Below are positions 9,270 to 18,612 of a stretch of DNA of 64,000 bases, piece after piece. A program made the translations under genes and the position numbers. The notes under the pieces are model-generated. The model did not search any database and had not been told where the DNA came from. It saw only the letters and a list, made by a program, of their open reading frames with translations. This DNA is from Acidimicrobiia bacterium (GTDB lineage: Bacteria; Actinomycetota; Acidimicrobiia; IMCC26256; JAGNEX01). Each line of letters begins with the position of its first letter. The first letter of the stretch is position 1. Where the stretch lies: positions 10,167-74,166 of the forward strand of contig JAGNEX010000008.1 in the NCBI GenBank assembly GCA_018003035.1, written 5' to 3'.

Positions 9270-9769
9270 CGCTCGACCTCGCCTGTTTCAGCGTTCGCTA
9301 CGGGCGGCTCTTCGCCGGGGGTTCGAAGCGTGTCAGTGGAAGACGCTCCGATGGTTTCGAGGAGCATCAGGCCGGAACCCAGCACCACCAGAAAGACGCC
9401 GATATCGAAGAACAGCGGGGTGGTCAGCTTGACGGCACCGATGACGGGCAACGAGAACTCCAAGATGTTGCTTTCGAGGTAGGTATCACCCAGCACGACC
9501 GGGACGGTTCCGGTCGCCGTCGAAAACAGGATGCCTAGTCCCAACAGGACAAACGGCGAGACGGCCAAGTTCGCTCGTAGACCCGGTACACCGCTGTCGA
9601 TGTAGCGCAGTGTGAGGGCGGCAACGGCGACGAGTCCTCCGACAAAACCGCCTCCAGGTGAGGAATGGCCAGCGAACAGCATGAAGAGGGCGAACACGAG
9701 CATGGTCGGGACGATCGTGTCGACCGCCGCCGTCAAGATGGGGGACCGGTCACGGTTCAACGCTGTCAC
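9266..9769 (-). CDS. mnhB: Monovalent cation/H+ antiporter subunit B
   Basis: Has the MnhB signature FAGHSSPGGGFVGGLV. Overlaps the mnhA 3' end by 20 nt. Confidence 0.8.
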   Translation of the reverse strand: MTALNRDRSPILTAAVDTIVPTMLVFALFMLFAGHSSPGGGFVGGLVAVAALTLRYIDSGVPGLRANLAVSPFVLLGLGILFSTATGTVPVVLGDTYLESNILEFSLPVIGAVKLTTPLFFDIGVFLVVLGSGLMLLETIGASSTDTLRTPGEEPPVANAETGEVER

Positions 9770-12209
9770 CCCCTACGAGCACGGGTGCGGCCGGTGAAGC
9801 TGCCGGCGTGATCTCCGGCTGTGCTGCCGCCGCTGCGGGCGCTACCGAATCGGGGTAGGTGCCCTGGGGCGGCCCGTCACCCGGCGCGCCATCGCCGGTG
9901 TCTGAGTTGGGGAGCGAACCGTCTCGGCGGGCGGCCCGCACGAGGGCGAACACGCCAAGTGCGGCTACGGACAACACGGTGATCTCAAGCTGGGTGTCGT
10001 AGCCACGAAAGTCGACCAGGATGACGTTGACGACGTTGTGCCCGCCAGCTTCCTTATATGCCCGAGCGACGAACTCCTCCGCGACGGAAGGGCGATTGCG
10101 CGCCGCGACGGTAATCAGGGTGATCAGCGAGACGAAGGTGCCCGAAAGCACGGCCAACCCCACCCGGCTGATATCGCCGGGGCGCCAGTTGACCGTCCGG
10201 AATCGCTTCGGCAGCAGGCGCAGGAATAGGACGAAGACCACCAACGACAAGGTCTCGATAGCGAGCTGCGTGAGCGCTAGGTCGGGTGCTCCCTGAACCA
10301 GGAACAGGGCAGCGACGCAGTACCCAACACCGCCCAAACACAGCGCCGCAGCGAATCGCCGCTCCGACCGTGCTGCTGCCAGGGCAAAGATGATCGCCGT
10401 CACGGCCAAGACGAACTGCAAGGTGTTCTCGGCCCACACCGTTTCGGGGAACGCCGCACCCGAGGCGAAGCCGACCGCAGACACGCCGACAACCGTGGCG
10501 AGGATCACCGTCAAATACACCGGCAGTGACCCCGACTGGACGGTTGCAGCGACCTGCGGTGCGAAACGGCGAAGCCCCCACACCGTCCGCTGGTACATCG
10601 CGTCGGTGTCTAAGTACGGCGATGCGAGGCGCTGTTGGAACGACGACACCGCACGCCGTCCGATGAACGCGAAAACCCCTGCAGCAATGGTGCACAGCGA
10701 CAGCAAGAGGGCGGTGGTGACACCGTGCCACAGAGCCAAATGAGCGCCATGGATGGCCCCATCAAGAGACTGTGCGGCCGAGCCGATCAGGTCGTTCAAG
10801 GCGGCCGGTACAACCCCGAACATGACCGTCAGCACCGCCAAGATCGCCGGCGGCGCCACCAGCCACGCGGTCGGCGTGCCATGCGGCTCAGCAACCGCCC
10901 CCTCCAGTTCCTCCGCTGGCTTGGTGCCGAATGCACCCCACAGCAAGCGGCTGGAATAGGCAAAGGTGAGGATCGAGCCGAAGACGACCGTGGCCAGGAC
11001 CGCCCCACCCCAGCCGCTCGGCGAATGCACAAACGCGTCGTATGCCGATTCTTTGGCGATAAACCCAAACATCAAAGGAACGCCGGCCATGGACGCCGCC
11101 GCGATTGCTGTTGCCAGGGCGACGGTCGGCAGTTTGTTCGCTAACCCTGAAAGGTGACGGATGTCTCGGTCGTGGGTTTCGTGGTCAACGATCCCCACCA
11201 AAAGAAACAGTGCCGCTTTGAACAAGGCGTGCGCGAACAGCAGCGTGACGCCAGCAATGACCGCTTCCTCAAACCCAGCACCCAAACAGACCGTCAAAAA
11301 GCCGAGTTGTGAAATGGTGCCGTAGGCGAGGATCGACTTGAGGTCGTACTGGCGAAGGGCTCGCCAGCCCCCGAGGACCATGGTCGACCCGCCGACTACC
11401 AGCACCGCAGGGCGCCACACGGAGGTGTCCGCAAACACGGGCGCAAACCTGGCCATCAGATAGATGCCGGCCTTGACCATCGTTGCCGAATGCAAATATG
11501 CCGACACCGGTGTCGGCCCGGCCATGGCTCGAGGGAGCCACGAATGGAACGGCACTTGGGCCGATTTTGTAAAACAGCCCACCAGAACGAGCAGAAGCGC
11601 GACGTCGGTCATCGTGCCCGTGGGCGGCGCCGCCAGGATCCCGCTGAGGGTGACCGTCCCGGTCTGCATGGCCAGGATGACCAGGCCTGCGAGCATCACC
11701 AAGCCCCCGCCGCCCGTCATCAAGAACGCCTGCAGCGCCGATTCTCGAGCATCGACCGACGTGTCGTTGGTCGCGATCAGCAGGTAGGAGGTAACCGAGG
11801 TCAGCTCCCAGAACACAAACAGCGTAAAAACGTTGTCCGACAGCACGAGTCCGAGCATGGAACCGGAGAACACGAGCAATGTGGCCGCGAACTGGTTCCA
11901 AGCCCGGTCCGCTTCGAAGTAGGCGCGCGAATAGAGGAAGACCAATACGCCGATTCCGGTGATCAGCACGGTCATCAGGGCGCTAAACCCGTCGAGACGG
12001 AAGTCGAAATCGAGACCCAACTGGGCCACCCAGCTGACGTTCTGGCTGACGACTTTGTGATCCCACACCGCTGGCAGCTGCGTAGAAACCCAGATCAAAC
12101 CGGCCGCAGGCCCAAGAGCGCAGAGGAGAAAGACGTTCCGACCGAGTGAACGCCCGAACAGAAGGACTACGAGGCTCAGACCGACAAAGCCGAGAAGTAG
12201 TCCCGTCAT
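9750..12209 (-). CDS. mnhA: Monovalent cation/H+ antiporter subunit A (NuoL-like with fused MnhB-like domain)
   Basis: About 820-aa polytopic protein with NuoL-type motifs (FWELTSVTSYLLI, KSAQVPFHSWLP.AMAGPTPVSAYLHSATMV). Start taken at MTGLLLGFVGL (12209). Confidence 0.9.
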   Translation of the reverse strand: MTGLLLGFVGLSLVVLLFGRSLGRNVFLLCALGPAAGLIWVSTQLPAVWDHKVVSQNVSWVAQLGLDFDFRLDGFSALMTVLITGIGVLVFLYSRAYFEADRAWNQFAATLLVFSGSMLGLVLSDNVFTLFVFWELTSVTSYLLIATNDTSVDARESALQAFLMTGGGGLVMLAGLVILAMQTGTVTLSGILAAPPTGTMTDVALLLVLVGCFTKSAQVPFHSWLPRAMAGPTPVSAYLHSATMVKAGIYLMARFAPVFADTSVWRPAVLVVGGSTMVLGGWRALRQYDLKSILAYGTISQLGFLTVCLGAGFEEAVIAGVTLLFAHALFKAALFLLVGIVDHETHDRDIRHLSGLANKLPTVALATAIAAASMAGVPLMFGFIAKESAYDAFVHSPSGWGGAVLATVVFGSILTFAYSSRLLWGAFGTKPAEELEGAVAEPHGTPTAWLVAPPAILAVLTVMFGVVPAALNDLIGSAAQSLDGAIHGAHLALWHGVTTALLLSLCTIAAGVFAFIGRRAVSSFQQRLASPYLDTDAMYQRTVWGLRRFAPQVAATVQSGSLPVYLTVILATVVGVSAVGFASGAAFPETVWAENTLQFVLAVTAIIFALAAARSERRFAAALCLGGVGYCVAALFLVQGAPDLALTQLAIETLSLVVFVLFLRLLPKRFRTVNWRPGDISRVGLAVLSGTFVSLITLITVAARNRPSVAEEFVARAYKEAGGHNVVNVILVDFRGYDTQLEITVLSVAALGVFALVRAARRDGSLPNSDTGDGAPGDGPPQGTYPDSVAPAAAAAQPEITPAASPAAPVLVGGDSVEP

Positions 12210-12360
12210 CGGCGCGCCTCGTCGACGATCTTGATGGTGAACTGGCGCGGACCAAGGCACAAAGGTGGCCGGTTTGTCGCGCTAGATCCTGAATACATTC
12301 CGGGCATTCTTACAAACCTGGGAGGGTCGGTCCGGCATGACGCCCAATGCGCGCCCGGGT

Positions 12361-13062
12361 TCAGCGAGGTGGCTGGCCGCCTGGCAGTACCCAAGAGCTG
12401 CCCTTGGGATCAGGGCTTTGAGACCCTCGGCGTCGCCTCAACCAGCTTCGATCGTCGAAGTCGTATGCGGGCTGGTCGAATCCGTAACCAGAGGTCACAA
12501 CCCGCGAAGTCGTGATGGTGCCGCGGATCTTTATGACCTGGGTGTCCGCTGCGATATCACCCAAACGCTGACGACTCGGCGAGCGCATCATAAAGATGAG
12601 CGGCGCAATCAGGGCGATGATCGTCAACGGGAACAGAAAGACCAGGACCGTGGAGAGCAGAGCGGTCATCGAGAGCTCGGCCAACCTGATCGTGTTGCGC
12701 GTGAGCGAAGCGACAAAACCGACAGGGCTTCCATCGGTTCTAATGACCCGCAGACCCATTGCCACTTTTCCCGGTGTTTGACCTCGAAACCTCACTTCGA
12801 AGAACACGTGATAGAAGAATGTGAGCGCAAACCCGAAGCTGGTTGCCAAGACTTGCCCGATCGCGCTCGGCAGCTGCAGGGCCGCCAGAACCACTCCAAA
12901 GGTCAGCACCGCTTGAATCAGCAGGTCGAGAAGGAAGGCGACCACCCTCGATGGCACGCCACCTGCGATATAGGACAGCTCCAAACCTTCGGGGGTGGGC
13001 ATCTGGACCATCAAGGCAGAACTCATGACCACGAATGTAGATGACCAGCTCGGTATCGACAC
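12361..13062 (-). CDS. RDD family membrane protein
   Basis: RDD-type core (VPSRVVAFLLDLLIQ..RGQTPGKVAMGLRVIRTDG..RQRLGDIAADTQVI). The start is uncertain, with in-frame ATGs at 13062, 13026, 13011 and 13002. It is divergent from the SpoIIM-like gene. Confidence 0.75.
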   Translation of the reverse strand: MSIPSWSSTFVVMSSALMVQMPTPEGLELSYIAGGVPSRVVAFLLDLLIQAVLTFGVVLAALQLPSAIGQVLATSFGFALTFFYHVFFEVRFRGQTPGKVAMGLRVIRTDGSPVGFVASLTRNTIRLAELSMTALLSTVLVFLFPLTIIALIAPLIFMMRSPSRQRLGDIAADTQVIKIRGTITTSRVVTSGYGFDQPAYDFDDRSWLRRRRGSQSPDPKGSSWVLPGGQPPR

Positions 13063-14005
13063 CGCGTTATGGGATCGACTTTCTCAGCTGTTGGCGAAAG
13101 CTAAGGGGCGTGGCGACCGTCTTGCCCCAGACGAAATCCTCGAGCTAGGAGCGACGTACCGGGGAGCGGTTGCGGAGCTGGCCCGCCTTCGTGCCGAGAC
13201 ATTGGATTCAACCGAACTCAGCGATCTCGAGGCGCTCTGCTCCAACGCTCGCTGGGTGGTCTATGGAGCGCCGCGCGAGCGGATTTCTGCCCGGTATTTC
13301 CTGGCGCACACCTACTGGCGCTTGCTTGCGTATCGACCCCGTTCGTTGGTCGCGGGCATCTTGGTGTTTGTCATTCCAGTGATTTTGGTGGCCTGGTGGG
13401 TCACCCTCAATCCGGGCGCCGCCGCCAGCGCGTCTCCCTCGACGGCGGAGAGGTTCTCTTCGGTCGACGGCATGCTCGACCCACCGATGAGCTTCGGCGA
13501 TTCCTTCCGTTTCGCCTTTCAGCTCTTCACGAACAACATCGGCGTGACGATGTTTGTCTTCGCGGGCGCCGCATTGGCGGGTGTCGGAGCGATCATCATC
13601 GCCCTCAACAACGCTCTGAACCTCGGCCTGGTGATCGGTTTCTCATCGAATGCCGGCCTCAGCGCAGACCTCTGGCGTTTCCTGATCCCGCACGGACCGA
13701 TCGAGCTGTCCTGTGTGATGGTCGCCATCTGCGTCGGCTTGCGCATGGCCATCGGCATCTTCATCCCCGGCGAGCAGCCCAGGTCGCGCGCGTTTGCCGA
13801 ACAAGCACGCGACGGCATGCTCATCGTTCTGGGGACGATGCCTTGGGTTGTGATTGCGGGCATCCTTGAGGCGTTTGTTCGTCCATCGGGGCTGGGAATC
13901 CTGCCTCGAACGGTCATCGGTCTCGGCGTTGCGGCGACGTTCTGGACCCTCGTCGTCAAACGCGGAACAGGCGGCTATCCGCCGCCCGCCGATCTGGGCA
14001 TATAG
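13025..14005 (+). CDS. Stage II sporulation protein M-like (DUF95) membrane protein
   Basis: A cytoplasmic helical N-terminal domain (WDRLSQLL..ILELGATYRGAVAELARLR) precedes 5-6 TM helices containing PHGPIELSCVM. Gene context matches the RDD/DUF58/MoxR neighbourhood. Confidence 0.7.
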   Translation: MTTNVDDQLGIDTALWDRLSQLLAKAKGRGDRLAPDEILELGATYRGAVAELARLRAETLDSTELSDLEALCSNARWVVYGAPRERISARYFLAHTYWRLLAYRPRSLVAGILVFVIPVILVAWWVTLNPGAAASASPSTAERFSSVDGMLDPPMSFGDSFRFAFQLFTNNIGVTMFVFAGAALAGVGAIIIALNNALNLGLVIGFSSNAGLSADLWRFLIPHGPIELSCVMVAICVGLRMAIGIFIPGEQPRSRAFAEQARDGMLIVLGTMPWVVIAGILEAFVRPSGLGILPRTVIGLGVAATFWTLVVKRGTGGYPPPADLGI

Positions 14006-14019
14006 GTCCGGGTCCGGTC

Positions 14020-15261
14020 TCAGCCGTTTTGGCGGGCCCGGACGTCGAGGAACTGGCGGACGAGCGCCGCTGGAAGCCGTTCCGGTGGAGCCTCGATCAC
14101 CCGAGCCCCCGCTCGTCGCAAGAGTTTGGCGACCCGAAGTCGATCGTTTTGTACGGTCGACGCAATCGCCATTCGAGCAACGTCCATCCCCGCCTGAGGT
14201 GTTGTTGCCATGGCGCTCTTGACGTCGGTATCGGTGCACGCAGCGACGATGACGGCGTGGTGGCGCGTGTAGATCGGTACCGCTTTCAGCAGGCTTTTCG
14301 CGGCTTGTTCGTCGACGAAGTCGGTGAGGATGACGACCATGCAGCGCTTGCGGCGATCGACCGCCCGAAATGCCACGTCATAGTCCGACTCGGCCATCGT
14401 GCCCTGGAGGGCGTGGAGTGCGTTGACGATCATCCGGCCCTGATCGCGCCGTGGCGGAACCCGATAGCGGACAGCGAAGTCGAAGGCGACCGCGCCTATC
14501 CGGTCGCCGAGGGCGTCAGCCGAGCTAGCCAGCGCGGTGACCGCGTCGAGCGACGCGTCCAGGCGTGTCCGCCCCTGCAGCGGAGCCATCATCAAGCGGC
14601 CAGCATCGACGACCACAAGCAGGTCGTGGTTGTTCTCGAGTCGATACTGGTTCACCATCGGCCGAGCGAGTCGAGCGGACGCACGCCAGTTGATCAATCG
14701 GATGTCGTCTTCGGGGTGGTACTCGCGTACCGCATCAAAGTCGCTGCCCATTCCTCGCAGTGGACTTTTGCGTTGCCCTTCCGGCACGAAGGTGCCCCGC
14801 TTCACGCGAGCCGCGATCGAACGGGCCTTCGGGAGATCGGGGTAGGACCGAAGTTCTAGGTATCCGCCTGTCGATCTGGTCCACCTGCCGAGGCCCATCG
14901 GGCCACTCAACCGCACCGCCACCGGGGGCAGGATGATTCGGCCCCGAATGATGGGGCGAATGGTGCCTTCGAAGGTTCCGTCGGCCTGTGACGGCTCGAT
15001 TGCCAGGCCAGTCGGAATCGGCTGGCGCACCACGACCGAGCCCCGCGACTCGCCGACTTCGACGCGAAAGTACGACTCGACACCACGTGACTGAGTTGGG
15101 TTAACGAACCGCCGGACGGTCGGAGTGCGAGCAACCAACAGCGCGTCGATGAGGGTCGCGGCTACTACCAGGAGAGCAGCCCAGATCGCGACCAACGGGG
15201 AGACGAACGCCAAGAACGCGGTCGCTGCCAGCAGAATGGCAACGCGAGGTGACGGGCTCAC
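14020..15261 (-). CDS. DUF58 (vWA-like) domain protein
   Basis: Two N-terminal TM helices, then the DUF58 signature DFDAVREYHPEDDIRLINWRASARL..MVNQY and a vWA-like LLVVVDAGRLM. The GTG start overlaps the MoxR stop by 4 nt. Confidence 0.85.
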   Translation of the reverse strand: MSPSPRVAILLAATAFLAFVSPLVAIWAALLVVAATLIDALLVARTPTVRRFVNPTQSRGVESYFRVEVGESRGSVVVRQPIPTGLAIEPSQADGTFEGTIRPIIRGRIILPPVAVRLSGPMGLGRWTRSTGGYLELRSYPDLPKARSIAARVKRGTFVPEGQRKSPLRGMGSDFDAVREYHPEDDIRLINWRASARLARPMVNQYRLENNHDLLVVVDAGRLMMAPLQGRTRLDASLDAVTALASSADALGDRIGAVAFDFAVRYRVPPRRDQGRMIVNALHALQGTMAESDYDVAFRAVDRRKRCMVVILTDFVDEQAAKSLLKAVPIYTRHHAVIVAACTDTDVKSAMATTPQAGMDVARMAIASTVQNDRLRVAKLLRRAGARVIEAPPERLPAALVRQFLDVRARQNG

Positions 15262-16223
15262 CTGGGGACAGGCACCGAGTTCAGGACGGCGGTGATGACC
15301 TGATCGGGACGGGTGCCTTCGAGTTCAGCGTCTGGGGTCAAGATCAACCGGTGCCGTAAGACCGGCGGCGCCATGAACCGGACGTCGTCGGGCGTCACGA
15401 AATCGCGGCCACCGAGTCGAGCGGCTGCCTTGGATGCGGCCATGAGGTGGACCGCAGCACGTGGGCTCGCCCCAATCGCTACCTGCGGTTGATGACGCGT
15501 CGCCCGGATCAACGACACGATGTAGGAAGCGACCGTCGCATTCAACACCGTCGCCTCGACGACCGAGCGCATATGCAGCAGCTCGTTCGCACTGGTCACG
15601 GGCTGGATGTCAGCGATGCCGCTCGGGGCAAGCCCTTGATGTGCCGACAGCAACATGGAGACTTCGTCGCCTTCGGAGGGGTAGCCCACGTTCGCCTTGA
15701 ACAGAAATCGGTCGAGCTGAGCTTCGGGAAGCGGGTAGGTGCCCTCTTGTTCAACCGGGTTCTGGGTGGCGACCACCAAGAAGGGCTTGGGGAGGGGGTA
15801 GGTCGTGCCGTCGATCGACACCTGCCGCTCCTGCATTGCTTCGAGCAAGGACGCCTGGGTCTTTGGCGGCGTCCTGTTGATCTCGTCTGCCAGCAGCACG
15901 TTGGTAAAGACCGGGCCCTTGCGAAAGCGAAGTTCGCCGTCGATCAGCACCGTGTTCCCTGTCACGTCGGAAGGGAGCATGTCTGGCGTGAACTGGATCC
16001 GACCAAAACTCATCCCCAGCGCTCGAGCGACGCAGTTGGTCAGCAGCGTCTTTGCGACACCCGGAACGCCTTCGAGCAGGACGTGGCCCCCGACGACCGC
16101 AGAGACCAAGACGACGTCGGTTGCCCCGTTCTGGCCGATCACCACCTTGCTGACCTGCTCTTGTACCCGTTGGCGGAGGGCCTGCATATCGTTGGAGTCC
16201 TGAGTGTTGATTGCGTTGGTCAT
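15258..16223 (-). CDS. MoxR family AAA+ ATPase
   Basis: Has Walker [11 protein letters not shown], Walker B LLADEINR and the sensor region [22 protein letters not shown]. The 321-aa size is typical of MoxR. Confidence 0.93.
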   Translation of the reverse strand: MTNAINTQDSNDMQALRQRVQEQVSKVVIGQNGATDVVLVSAVVGGHVLLEGVPGVAKTLLTNCVARALGMSFGRIQFTPDMLPSDVTGNTVLIDGELRFRKGPVFTNVLLADEINRTPPKTQASLLEAMQERQVSIDGTTYPLPKPFLVVATQNPVEQEGTYPLPEAQLDRFLFKANVGYPSEGDEVSMLLSAHQGLAPSGIADIQPVTSANELLHMRSVVEATVLNATVASYIVSLIRATRHQPQVAIGASPRAAVHLMAASKAAARLGGRDFVTPDDVRFMAPPVLRHRLILTPDAELEGTRPDQVITAVLNSVPVPR

Positions 16224-17611
16224 TAATGAATCGTTTCTTCAGCGCCGCCGAAAAGGACGGGTCCTTCGAAGTCGGTTTTGGTCACGGTCGACTCGCCCTT
16301 CTCTAACCGGGCAACGAGTCCAGCGAGTTGAGCGAGGTCGGCAGGGATCGTTTGGTCAATGAGCGCCCCAGAGGGCGGCTGTCCATCGTGGCCGCCGACA
16401 TCGCCGGTTGCGTCGCCCAGCCCGAGCCGGGCTGCTACAGCGAGCACCGCTGCGGTATCCGCGTTGGGATCTAGCGCGGCGCCTCGCTGGTTCAACAAGG
16501 TGACCGCCCGCGCCTGCAGAGGTCCCGCCGCGCTCGAAAGCCGGTCGGGTCGGTCAAGGTGGCGAGCCATGGCATCGACGAAGCCGGACCGTTTCGGCGC
16601 GAACTCGGGCGGAGGGCCATTGAGTCTGCCGAGGCGAACAGTCCGGCTCCATAGGTAGGCCAGAAACGCCGCAAGTAACAAGATCAGGAACGTTTTCAGC
16701 GCATCGGAGAGCGCAGAGAACAGGTTCTGGTTGGAATCGGGGCTGAGCGCCGTATCGGCAGATCCGTCGGGGCGGAACGCTGCGGTCAGGATGTAGACGG
16801 TATCGGCATCGCCGACCAGGGCGAGTGCGAACGCTGCGTTGTCGGCCTGGTCAAGGAACGAGTTCCGAAGCATCGTTGTGTTCGCCAGCATCCAGAACGT
16901 GCCCCCATCCTGGTACCTGATCGCGATCGGTTCCGTGGCGGACCCCACGAGCAGTGGAGCTCCGTACGTGCGGGTCGTCATCGGTGGGGCAACAAACACC
17001 CCTCCCGGGCCGACCGCGAGAGTTTCGATGCTGCTCGGCAGTCCAAGGCCGGCGGTGACCGAGACTTCTCGGCGGTCCTCATAGATCATTCGGGTTTGCC
17101 AACCGCCCAGCAGGCGCATCTCTTCGGACGCGGGGTCTGAGTTCGCTCCAAAGACCATCGGGATGCGCTGCGTTGCGGCCGCTCGCGCTATCTCAGCGTC
17201 GCCTTCGGTCAGGTAGATGGGATCGAGAACCACGAAGGCGTCGCCGGCAGAGAACGAGTCTTTGTCGCCGTGCTTGTCGATGAACCGCACGTCCTTGCCC
17301 GCTGACTTCAACAGCGACACCCATGCGGCGGTGCCGTCCTCGTCGGTGGCCCTCGGATCGCTTGGAGGTCCTGGCCGGTACTTTTGGTCATCCCGGTTGA
17401 TGACGACGTACGCGATCAGGCTGCCGATCAGGATCGCGGCGACGATCCCCGCGACCCCTTTGCGTGTCCGATACCACGGCACGAAGCGCGGTGTGCGGCG
17501 CTCGCGGCGTTGCGGACTCGGGGCACCGAACGGCGTAAACGTGTCGGGCTCCGATAAGGCGGCACTCGCTTCCGCGTCAGAGTGGGTGGGGCTCTCGTAG
17601 GGGGCGGTCAT
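16223..17611 (-). CDS. DUF4350-like membrane-anchored protein
   Basis: N-terminal TM helix, an extracytoplasmic GTAAWVSLLKSAGKDVRF block and a second TM helix near residue 310. The stop overlaps the MoxR ATG (TAATG). This is the usual position of DUF4350 in such clusters. Confidence 0.6.
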   Translation of the reverse strand: MTAPYESPTHSDAEASAALSEPDTFTPFGAPSPQRRERRTPRFVPWYRTRKGVAGIVAAILIGSLIAYVVINRDDQKYRPGPPSDPRATDEDGTAAWVSLLKSAGKDVRFIDKHGDKDSFSAGDAFVVLDPIYLTEGDAEIARAAATQRIPMVFGANSDPASEEMRLLGGWQTRMIYEDRREVSVTAGLGLPSSIETLAVGPGGVFVAPPMTTRTYGAPLLVGSATEPIAIRYQDGGTFWMLANTTMLRNSFLDQADNAAFALALVGDADTVYILTAAFRPDGSADTALSPDSNQNLFSALSDALKTFLILLLAAFLAYLWSRTVRLGRLNGPPPEFAPKRSGFVDAMARHLDRPDRLSSAAGPLQARAVTLLNQRGAALDPNADTAAVLAVAARLGLGDATGDVGGHDGQPPSGALIDQTIPADLAQLAGLVARLEKGESTVTKTDFEGPVLFGGAEETIH

Positions 17612-18561
17612 GCGGAGCGATCCGCTCCACCAAAGCCTGCCTGACTTGCCGGACCAGCCGATTGGGCGGCCGACGTCTGCCGTTTTGCGCCAGTCGTCTG
17701 CATCCAGGCGTCTCTGACGCGGGCGTATTCCTCCGCTGTCGTTGGACGATCGCCGTAGGCAACCTGGGCATGTGAGTTAGCTAACTCTGCAAAGACGCGG
17801 TCGGGATACATCGACTGCGCCTCGCCGCTTGAGATGGCTGGCCGATAGTCGATGTTTCGGGTTTTGCCCAGGCGCATCAGCCCGCCCTTGAATCGCACAC
17901 GCAGCGCTTCTGAGTAGTTTCCCTGTGCTGCCAAGCGGTCGGCTTCCGCCCACAGGTCGTCCTCTTGCCCCATCAGGCCGCCGCCGTCATCGGTGGCCGG
18001 TTGACGGGTCCGCGCCCGGTTTCGCAACACCATCCAGAGGATGAAGGCGATCAGGAGGACGACCACGATCAACAGGACCGGACCCCAACTCGACTTGCTC
18101 GGTGGGTTGATCGGATCGATCACGTTGTCGGTCGAGGGAGGATTCTCGGAGCCGCCGCCTCCGTTGCCGTCCCCGGTACCACCGCCTGCGCCGCCTCCAC
18201 CGCCGGGGGTGAAGTCGTTCATCTTGTCTTGCGCCGGGGTCTGGCTGTTTTCTGGCGCGTTGTCGGGCGGTTGAAACCGAGGTTCTTCGAGGATCTCTTC
18301 GGCCTTATCGCGAGCTCCAGGCGGATCGTCGGCGGCTACCGCTTGATCGGTGCGCAGCGCCGTGCTGGCCGCACCCGCGGCCGTATGGGACCAGAACGAG
18401 CTTGATGCGATGAGCGCGACCATCAACGCGACAAAGACCGTTGTCCGCCCACAAGGGGGCGCATCGACACGGTGGTGTCTTTTGGGCCGCAGGGATAACA
18501 CGCCCACACAGTATGGCGCGCCCGCCGCCGCGATAGGCGTCCGGCGCTGCGGCGCGACCAA
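17608..18561 (-). CDS. DUF4129-like membrane protein with Gly-rich linker
   Basis: Has a signal/TM segment, a GGGGGAGGGTGDGNGGGG tract, a central TM helix and a C-terminal helical block (WAEADRLAAQGNYSEALRVRFKGGLMRL..YGDRP). It overlaps the DUF4350-like gene by 4 nt. The start is uncertain. Confidence 0.55.
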   Translation of the reverse strand: MVAPQRRTPIAAAGAPYCVGVLSLRPKRHHRVDAPPCGRTTVFVALMVALIASSSFWSHTAAGAASTALRTDQAVAADDPPGARDKAEEILEEPRFQPPDNAPENSQTPAQDKMNDFTPGGGGGAGGGTGDGNGGGGSENPPSTDNVIDPINPPSKSSWGPVLLIVVVLLIAFILWMVLRNRARTRQPATDDGGGLMGQEDDLWAEADRLAAQGNYSEALRVRFKGGLMRLGKTRNIDYRPAISSGEAQSMYPDRVFAELANSHAQVAYGDRPTTAEEYARVRDAWMQTTGAKRQTSAAQSAGPASQAGFGGADRSA

Positions 18562-18612
18562 TATGTGCGGCTCGGAGCCTTTCGGGGGTCAGCCGAAGCC
18601 AGGGTTTGCAGC

